Of a stretch of DNA of 64,000 nt, positions 53,900-64,000 are shown piece by piece (position 1 is the stretch's first letter; each line of letters starts with the position of its first letter). Origin of the DNA: Octopus vulgaris (Eukaryota); the NCBI GenBank assembly GCA_951406725.2, contig OX597814.1:147994001-148058000 (forward strand), given 5' to 3'. The notes beneath the pieces are model-generated. The model made no database searches. It was given only the letters and a program-made list of their open reading frames with translations, and had not been told where the DNA came from. The translations under genes and the position numbers were made by a program.

Positions 53900-54088
53900 T
53901 GCAGTAATTTTGGGGAGGGGACTAGTCGATTACATCGACCACAGTGTTGCATTGGTACTTAATTTATTGACCCCGAAATGATGAAAGGCAAAGCCAACCT
54001 CGGCAGAATTTGAACTCAGAACGTAACGCAGACGAAATATCTCTAAGCATTTCGCCCAGCGTGGTAACGATTCTACCAGCTCGCCGAC
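53900..54088 (-). mobile_element. tRNA-headed SINE, family A (reverse)
   Basis: ggggaggggactagtcgattacatcgacc...ggtacttaattt...gatgaaaggcaaag...atttgaactcagaacgtaa...aacgattctaccagctcgcc. Confidence 0.88.
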
Positions 54089-57000
54089 GGAGCAGCAATA
54101 ACAGCAAGCAAATAAGAGACTACTATCACTCTCACCCACACACAGATACACAGAAGTATGTATGTATGCATGTTTGTGTATTCCCTGCAGCATCTAATTA
54201 AGGTCTCTATGATTTAAAATTCATCGAAGTCAGTTTGTCTTTTGAACATAAAGGTATCGATGAAAGAAAACCAGTTACTACATTGATTTCATTACATTGT
54301 CCTTGTGTTTATATCGCAAACAACATTACTTCATCTGTCACTTGAAACCATATTGAAATTTGCACTGGCCCTATTTAATGTATATCACAATTATAATTCA
54401 CCAGCTAAACACTGAGCCTTTTCTTTCTTTTCTTTTTTTTTACTCTCACTATCACTTTCATTCACCTCACTCATATTTTCCTTTCTTTCCCTTTAGTCGT
54501 TTATATACTGTCTTCTGCTGACTTCACTTAGGCATCCGTCAACGAATCTGTGTTTGGATTTGACTAGTGTAGTGCTATGACTTTTGACAGATTACTCAGT
54601 ATATTCAACAAGGTCTGTTGGAGGTTTAATCATTTTCAAATATAGCCTGTTAATTTCTTCCTAATTTTTGTACATTGATACTTTATACTTCCCGTTTCTT
54701 TTAAACAACCCGGTTGGTGGTTGACATGCTCAGCACTTTGCTCTTACTCTATATTTACAAATAACAAACATTACATGATTTAGTGATTATCTGATGAATC
54801 TTACTATCTTAGCAATCTATTCTCAGTTGTAGCAGACGACTGCTTTCCGTTGGCAATTTCCTTCATTCTAAATACTGATTTTCGAACTGATTGTACCTTA
54901 GTGAATTATGTTGTGAAAATGTAGAAAGATCACATCATGCACCTTTTCTTGAAAAAGACTAGGGCTAACCGTTGATAGATATCGATAAAGGAGAAATGAA
55001 CATTTCAGACAGTAAAGTAGTGTTAAAGTATTTAAATATTTTTAACAATGAATTAATAAGTCATTCATTTTATCACTTCTTAAAACTATTTTCTTTTGTT
55101 TGTATTACGTGTTTTTTCTTCAATTTCTATTCTTATGCGTTATCTAAACAAACTAAAGGTGATAAATCGTTTATTTTGCTCACAGACAATAAACAAACTC
55201 TAGGCTTTGAGTTAAATCTCAGAAAAATTACGCTGAACAATTAATTACAAAATATTAAGCAAGTTTAAAACACATTTGTTATAGAAAAAATATCTGACGC
55301 AGAAGTTGAATTTAATAAATTGATAATCTTTGTTGCACGCAAATTTGATATCAAAATATATTTTATACATTTATTTGGTTTAAATTGGTGAATTTAAACA
55401 TAGCACGTCAAAATATTATGAAGCCCCTTCTTCAAGTTATGTATTTAAGGTACCTAAGGTGGTAGGGGTGATGGAAAACGATACTTAGAAATTTCATTTG
55501 AGGTTGTCACATGACAATAGGACATATTTTATTTGTAACAAATAATAAGTATGTTTGTTCTGGCCCTAGTTGCTTGCGTTTAGAATACGCCTCATCGTTA
55601 TGAGACACTCTAATATATGAGATACAAGAATCAATTAATAATGTTACTCTACTTTCGGTGCTAATCTAATACCTCTTATATCTCCTCACTGTAAGATAAA
55701 TGGATACCTTTTGTTTTAGTCTATGGATACTTAATGGGAAATATGACTGGATCAAAACTACTTACGATCCTATTAGCGATTAGACATTCTACTCACCCAT
55801 GCATTCACATAAATAAATTAGTATTGCTTTCATGGGACTTTGTTTGTTTACAATACTAAAGTTAAATCAGGGAATATGAACGTGATGAAAGAGAGATTTA
55901 ATATTGCTTAGAATCTTACCAGTTTCTAAAGTCTTGTACCCATGGGTATCAAAAGTAAATTACATATTTGCTTCATTGAAGAGAAGAACAATTTTGTGTC
56001 CATACCTTTGTATTTAAATCTGCATAGTATGTATATATAGACATATATCAGTGAACGGACACATCTCTCTCTGGCTCTCTCCTCCCTTTCTCTTACTATG
56101 GCGTACATTTTGTATAATGTGGTTCTGAGTATGATCCGATCTGCTTCTAACATTATTCTAGTAGCCTTTATAATTTTCGTGTTTTTGTGCATCTCCAGGT
56201 GACAGGAATATTATGAGCAGCAATCGAGTGAATTGTACCCGACCTGTGGTTTAAATTGCCACTGTTATTGCACACAATGTCTATCCGAGTTTACCTCGTT
56301 TTGATTTGAAAGCTAGAAGTGAATGCGGAATAGTGAACCAACTCTACAATAAGTAGAATTACGATATATATATATATATATATAAGTTGAAAAACCTATC
56401 GATGTGTGTTGCTTTGTAAGTGCACATATAAGAGTGTCTATGTTTCTGGACTGTAAATAACCTATAAAAGTTAGTTTATGGGCTTGTATGTATAGATGTG
56501 GTTGTATATTTCCAAGCACAATGTCGGTTTGTGTTACGTGTGTGCAGCTAACTGTATATCAACAATATTATGAATAACTTCATAAGTGAATATGCCTCGT
56601 ATGCCTGCCTGCCTCTGTGTGTGTGTGTGTGTGTGTTAGCGGCATTGATCTTCCACTCGTTTCATTTGTTTATGTGTTTGCATGCGATTTTGTATTAGCG
56701 TATATCAGTATATTCACTGACAGTACGTAGTTAGGTACGTGTTTGAGTTTCTGTGTCTTTATGTTTGAATACACCAGGATCATTACTGATTCTTGTAGTG
56801 TTACTGCTTGTGAATATGTATACTGTTCGTTTGTGTGAATGTGTGTGTATAAATATATTGAATGAGACAGACTATCATTGATAGATGTTTACATGTCTAT
56901 TTATGTGAATACTAAGCATACATGAATGAATATGTCATGTTCGAAAACAAGTTAATGCATGGCTAGGATATCTTAACTCTGTGCGTGTATACAGATATGT

Positions 57001-58471
57001 GAGAGTAATATATTGCCTGCTTTACTCTTCGCAAGATATAACGTGCATATGAATATATCATTTGTATATAATATGCTCTGGCATTGTATTTATACTATAA
57101 CACGCGCTCAGACACAGACATACACAGCATGTATGTGCTATATTGTATTTATCAATGTGTGCTTAGCAATACATTTGTAATTGATGTACTTGATAAACTA
57201 ATTACTTGTATGTATATATCGGTGAGTGACTAGATATGCATCAGGGTATTTTTGTGTTTGAGTGACTATGTATATATCCATTTATGTGCATTTGTGCTGG
57301 TGTAATGATAGTTCTATGTGTGCATATATGCAAGAGCAATATTGTATGACTTAACGTGTATGATATCATATGCATGATATATGTATGTGAATATATCGTG
57401 CGTCAAGGCAGTTCTATGTAACATATGTGTGTACGTATGTATGTATGTATGTATGTATGTATGTATGTATGTACGTATGCATGCATGTATGTTTTAGCTG
57501 AGTTTACTTTTGAATATGGTGATTTGTATCTATATCCGAATATAACATGGAATAAAACATTATGAAATGGTTCAATGCACTTCTGAGAAATATCATGTGT
57601 ATATGAGTAAATTTAAATGCGTGACAAATTTATTGCATGGTATGATTCAAGGCTTGATGTGTGGATGCATGCATTGCATTTATCAAGGTATATAAATATA
57701 CACATATATACGTGCAACTGTATATGTGTACTAGGTATGTGCATTTGTACATGATGTAATGAATACACGAATATATTCACTTCTGATTTAGGCATAGTGC
57801 CAGACATTTTTGAGAAAGGAAGCAGTACATTATATTAACCTAACTGACTGTACATTATTTCATAGATCCGCTGACCTCCACAAGATTTGAATTCACCACA
57901 CAAAGAGTCGTAATTAAACATCGGAAGGCATTTTCAAATCCGATGCTCTACAAATGTTTTGAATCAATCGGTGAAGTATCAGAAAGCTTGTGACATGCTA
58001 GAAGTTATACCCAGATATCCTGTTATACCCAGCCCTTATCTTGAAAGAAATTGTGTACATATCGGATGGCGCAGTTGTGTATTGGCTACAGATGTGATGG
58101 TACAATCATGGTTTAATGCATTTGGCTAGCCCGAGGCTAGCCAGCAAAATCAGAGGCGTCAGTATATTCCCAAAACTAGAGGAGTACTAACGATTCTGTC
58201 AGTTCAACGACTTAATTGTGATAATAATGAGGATAATGATGATAGTTGAATGTGATGCTTCAACAGAGACGCTAATAGAAAAAAAAGTTTATATTTGTGG
58301 TAAACAAACATTGTTTTCATATATGTATCGCTGTATTTTTTTCATTGCATTCCACAAACCTGTTTGTAAACAATTACCTAATGACTTATTCGAGTGAGTC
58401 ATTGAAAAATATGTATTTGGGAAAATGTTTTATTGTTCGGTACGTGTGAATTCATCTATTGACACCGGTAT

Positions 58472-58522
<51 letters not shown>

Positions 58523-58595
58523 TATATGTGCATATTATGTACACTATCTATGATAGCATTTGTTTATACTAATAAACATATGCATGTATATATAT

Positions 58596-58658
<63 letters not shown>

Positions 58659-58828
58659 AGCAGACCGCACTCATGTTTGCCTGTATACATTCTGTGAAGC
58701 TTTACATAGCGTCGTTCGGCTATCGACTGCTATTTCCAGCAAACATCAGTGCCTTATTGTGCCACAATTTCCCACACACATAAACACACACATATACACG
58801 CTCACACACACACACACACTCACACACA

Positions 58829-60069
58829 CAGTGTACGGGGAATAAACTGTTGTGAGAATTACGGAAAAATGAAAATAATACTGACATCTCATTTTAACTG
58901 ATATATTTACCAAAATTACATAAAATTATCTTGAACTTCTAAAGAGAAAATCGATTCAATAAGATCGCTATTGGCTTTAATCACAACCTCCAGATGACTT
59001 CGGAATATCATGCAACTCTTGTGGTTGGTCTCCATGTTTAAGTTGGTAAATGCTGCCGTAATCCTTGCCTTCAGTTCATCTTTAGTGTTACGCACAACTG
59101 AACCCCATCTGTAATAACCAAGGGGGTTGCAGTGTGGGGATTCAGGTGGTCAGATATTATGGATGGTGTGGTTGCAGAAATTGTCTGACAGCGATGACAG
59201 TTCTCCTGCTTGGCTGGCATGGCTTAGAGTACTCTTGTCAGATATACGGTTTTATAGCAGCCACCCTCTTGACTCAAGGTAGCACTATCTCCTCCAGGCA
59301 CTTGCTGAAGGCATCCGTGTTAAGTCTGAGGCTGTGTGGGAAGATGAATGGCGGTATAACGTCGCCATCACTAGAGATCACTCCAAACACGAATTATTTT
59401 TATTACTCTCGGTACATGTTTTGTGGACATGGCAAGCCAATGATTGTTCTGTGTGTTTACCATTGACCTTGGCAGGATTTTTCTCGTCTGATAAAAACCA
59501 AAACTTGTCCATTTGTAGAGGATACTTGAGTTTGTTCACAAGCTTCGTAGCGTTGTCTTTCCTCTTGTCTTTAATGGTTAGTGATAAAAATAGGCCATCT
59601 TTCTTCTAGTTTGAGGAATGTCTTCATGCACTACCTGCCTGATAAGAAGCTGAGGCACTCTCATGTCCTTAGTGATGGATCTGATTGGCTTCGAGGGATC
59701 GTTGTTAATCATGGTTTTGATCTTAGTAACAAACTAAGGAGTTTTTTCTTACCAGAACAATCACAGTGACTTTTCCGAGCTGCCGTACCTTCGTAATCAC
59801 CAATTGACTCGTCCAACTCATTCCGAATTCTCTGCTCTGTTCTGAGATTGACACCGAAACACTCAGAGAGTATTGACGCTTCCGGCGCGAATTCCAAGCA
59901 CCTGTCGCTTCCAAATTTTGGCAGAGTGAATTGCATCATGGTGTTGTTTTTCCCACAGAGGGTGCCTAACTGAGCCTACTATACTATACAGTCAAAAACA
60001 TCAAAAACAAACATTGCGCATGCGCAAAATAAAAATATAGTATGGCCATAATTTTCCCATCGCACCCTG
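58829..60069 (-). mobile_element. Near full-length decayed Tc1/mariner-superfamily transposon (maT/DD37D-like motifs)
   Basis: Imperfect TIRs: cagtgtacggggaataaactg on the left and aattttcccatcgcaccctg|ta on the right. Minus-strand remnants include an N-terminal HTH (ECFGVNLRTEQRIRNEL), WFLSDEKN (first D), PYI*QEYSKPC (QQDSAPCH-like) and I*PPESPHCNPLGYY.WG (WPP.SPD.NPLDY-like). It has many stops and frameshifts. Confidence 0.85.
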
Positions 60070-61119
60070 TATGTTTGTATGTACATTTATACATATAAGT
60101 ATGCGTATAAATATGTATGTATGCATATATATATATATATATATTTGTAGCTATCTACGTTGACATTACTATTTGTATGTGTGAGTGATCTGCGTGTATA
60201 TGTACTCTTGTGGTAGCTTTATAGGCGATTGTACACGCGTTTTCATTTTGTATTTTTCAATGCAAAATCTATACAAGCTGTCAAACACATAAAATCTTCT
60301 GCATGTGTACACGTGTGTGTAAGCATGTACTTACCTGTAAGTTTTTGTTTATATTTGTCATTGTTTATTTACACGCGTGTCAATATATACGTTTCTATGA
60401 TTCATTCTTTGTATTATCCTTGCGAAAAGATTTCTTCATATCAGAGTCACTTACAAAATATTCTTTTCTCATTTATATTTCTGAACGTTGAATTGATTTC
60501 TAAGCCAAACAATTTGTTGTATATAAATTTATCACAAAAATACAATCCATTTTATTTCTATCTCATATGTAAGCTGACAACTAAACTACGAAATTATGTT
60601 CAGAGAACAGATGTTTCCTTTTAACCGCTTGTAGATCTTATTTTAAATGAAATAAAATTTTTACTCGGTTTTAAATGCCTGGCAAGAAATAGAAATGCAC
60701 ACACCTGCTTGTATGTGTGTATATACAATGTACACACTCACGCGCACATATATAAGTGTATGTGGATATATACGCGTGTGTGTGTGTGCGTGTGTGCATA
60801 CATTATATATATATATGCTCCACTGGCTAGCAATAACACTGCTAGACACTACCTAATAAAATGCACAAGATGTGCAAATATCAAGACTAAACATTTATTT
60901 ATATATTTCATGACTTGTTTCGAATTTATCGATCGTGTCAAACTAATACTCAGTTATTGGTCTGACAGGTAGAATAAGATCGAAACATTCCACAGTTGAT
61001 CACTTTATCATTAAACATAGACAGACATACGAATATGTATGTAAGTGTATGTATACATGTAGAAATACCTCTGTGTGTATGTGTGCTAGAAGGTGCAGTC
61101 CATTAGTATCTTTAAAAGT

Positions 61120-61250
61120 AGTCAACATGTACTTATTTTATCGATCCCTTGAAGAGTAGACAGCAACGTAAGATATGGAATATTTGAATCCAGAACGTAA
61201 GGGGCCATAACTATTATGCTTTAAAGCATTCCGTCCGACATTTTACTGAC
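61120..61250 (-). mobile_element. Old family-A SINE fragment (similar relics at about 28330-28430, 34700-34850, 40850-41010, 57820-57950 and 63005-63080)
   Basis: gtacttattttatcgatcc...atttgaatccagaacgtaa...aagcattccgtccg. Confidence 0.6.
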
Positions 61251-62158
61251 AAGTTTTCTCCATTGATCTGTTAATATTTATAGTAACAAGTGTATATATG
61301 CAAACAGGAATGGTGCCATCGGTTTAATAAGTCGGCCGTTAATGCACTTCTGCTAAAATAATGCTTCAGCTTTGATGAAACAATGAAAGAATGATGAAAA
61401 TGACTATTAACTAAAGAAATTTTTTAATGAAACCTCTGTAGATAATATACTGACTTATATTCATATTATCGCTGACTGTGTGATATGAATTTTGTAATGT
61501 TAACGTTTTGAACAAAATACAAGGATCCATTAAATTTAAAGACAAATTTAGGACCACCAAGTATAAAGGCAGATTTAGAGATAGCAACCAATCAAACTTT
61601 ACATAATACACCCATCAATGTTATTAATGCAATGAGAAACACTATGGTTAATTTTCTTGTATATTACTTTCTAAAACATACAATATGATTATGGATGGAA
61701 TATCTTCGACCATAGCACTAATTCGTTGGAGCTTCAATCTTGTGAATGCATAACCTCTACCTAGTTATTCGATCAACTAAATATAGAAGTAAATTTCCCT
61801 CAAATGAAATCGCACCAGGTTATTTTAATACGGAATATACATTCTTTAAAATTGCTCTCCTACATAGAAATAGAACTTTTCGGAAATAACATCCAAATGG
61901 AAAAAGAATAAGGAAAATTAAAATCAGGAAATCAAGCAGCATCGTGGTAATTCTAGTACAAATAATTCAGGTTGAAATTAACGAAGGCAAGAAGTGAAAA
62001 ATCCTAGCCAAATATACAAACTATCGACTAGCAAAACAAAGCAAGCAACAGGATGTAAACCCAAACTACACTTACGAAAAAAAATCCTAGAGTAATACGA
62101 AGATGTTATTAGCAGACATTTTTTATTAGAGATTTCGTCTATGAGAATAATCATAAGC

Positions 62159-62194
<36 letters not shown>

Positions 62195-64000
62195 CATACA
62201 TACATACATACATACATACATACATGAGCCATCGAAAAATGGTTAGAAAGATAAAAATCTCACGATAAACTAGCGCCTACAATGGAAAACGTATGATGAG
62301 TGAGCATTTTTGGACACATACATACTTATGGAGATGGTCTTATCTGTAGAGAAAAAAACATTCTGGAGAGATTGTAAATGTTTGTAGCACCACGAAGAAA
62401 CGCAAGTATACCATACATAGTGTTTAATATGTAAAAAATCTTGTAGATGCAGAGAAAAAAAAAGATGTTCTGTTTTATTAATCCATATTTTTTAGAAGAT
62501 AATGTATCCATTGCTTTTCTGTGCGATATTAACACATTTCAGTAACATAAATATTAGACTGAAAATTGACAGACGTACTATCATGTAATGATAACATTTC
62601 CCTTGCATATAGATGTCTTTAAGATTTATGTTGGGGAGGTCAGAGAAGACAGAAATTCAAAAGTGAAAGTTGATATGAATTCATTTTCAAAAAATGCACA
62701 AAAACCGCTGGGAAAATAATACAATCTACGAAAGCCTGTGACGTTATGCTAGATAATGTGAGTGACACCTGAATTTGACCAACAACTTGAGAATTAACAC
62801 TAAAGACAAAGAATTCTGATAATAAAAACTCACAAAAGATAAATATAACCTTATTCCGGAAACCACTGCAGGCTGCTGCAACAGACAGCTATATGTGTTG
62901 AAGATAAAAAAGAGAGCAACGAACTTTAAATCGGTTCCAAATGAAAACAGAAAGTGTGGAGAGGAGGAACTAAATACTGAAAGCCAGAGTCATTCACGCA
63001 AGTCATCGATTGGTACTTAATTTTATCAGTCTTCAAGGGATAAAAATTACTCTAACCAGGATTGAGTTTGAATTCGAAATCACAACGTACAGATTTGAAA
63101 GACATACTATAGAACATTATATTCTGTTTAGTCAACACTCTCACCAACAGTAATAACGATTCGTTCTATATTTACCACAAGGCTGACATGCTAGAAGGGT
63201 TACATTACAAAACGGAATATAAAAATGCTTCTTTATACAGCAACAAATGCTGTGTATGTGTGTGCTTAACTAATGATAATATGAGTTGCAATAATTGAGT
63301 GAGACACTTAGAAAGAGAACCTTACCTGAATTTGAGCTCAGAATCTTGATAGGCTCAATTGTAAGCTGAAATCTCAATCAAGTCTCAAAACATAATACAC
63401 CGCAAGTAAATACGGCACGGCCTCTTATCTCACGTTCTGAGGACTTAACCAGTCCAGATGATTTCAAATCTAATGGTTATTAATAACAGACAGTATTAAA
63501 CTTGTATATTCATTTCATACAATAGTGAATAGTATGCAGATGTAATAGAATTTTTGTAGTTCGAAGTACTTTGATTGCTGATTATATCTTTTAGATTTAG
63601 TACTATATATCTCAGTCAATGTAGATTTTAGATTTAAGATATATATCTTATTCAATGTATTACACTATTTGTTATCGATTCTTTTCAGGATTTTGTTCCT
63701 ATATTCTAACTCCAAATTACATTAAGAATCATATCAAAACATATTGAAGCACCAGAAAAGACCGTATTCTAAATACAATTCCGAAGCGAAAATGAGGAAC
63801 TGAATTTGCTGTATGTGTGCGTACGCATATATGCGCGCGCGCAATCACACACGTTATATATATATATATATATATATATATGGGAGCAAACAAGTGGGTG
63901 AATTCACACATATAGGGGTAAACAAGTGTGTATACAAACATCCATACACACACATTACATATATATATTACATATATATATACTGAGATATATCTATATC

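Overview
AT-rich, microsatellite-saturated eukaryotic intergenic or intronic DNA. I found no credible host protein-coding exon, no rRNA, no true tRNA gene and no CRISPR array. The repeat make-up (tRNA-headed SINEs with (ATT)n tails, CORE-type SINEs, abundant (TA)n/(CA)n/(TAA)n) suggests an animal genome, most likely an octopus or other coleoid cephalopod; this is inference. Almost all ORFs in the supplied track are translations of simple repeats. Recognisable elements are: a nested Helitron cluster at 20.3-23.7 kb, one copy carrying a Pif1-like helicase fragment; two decayed Tc1/mariner transposons; RTE-like and R4/Dong-like LINE fragments; and more than 15 SINE copies. There are two tandem duplications and two long foldback inverted repeats (18.1-19.2 kb and 46.8-47.1 kb). 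The most notable signal is a set of minimal type-I hammerhead-ribozyme-like folds in non-coding repeats at four loci, resembling the motifs of Penelope-like elements. One has a fully canonical core (48633-48709). A mirrored pair carries a compensatory G3-C8 swap of the conserved C3-G8 core pair (46881-46995). All folds and alignments were done by eye, and no activity has been tested.
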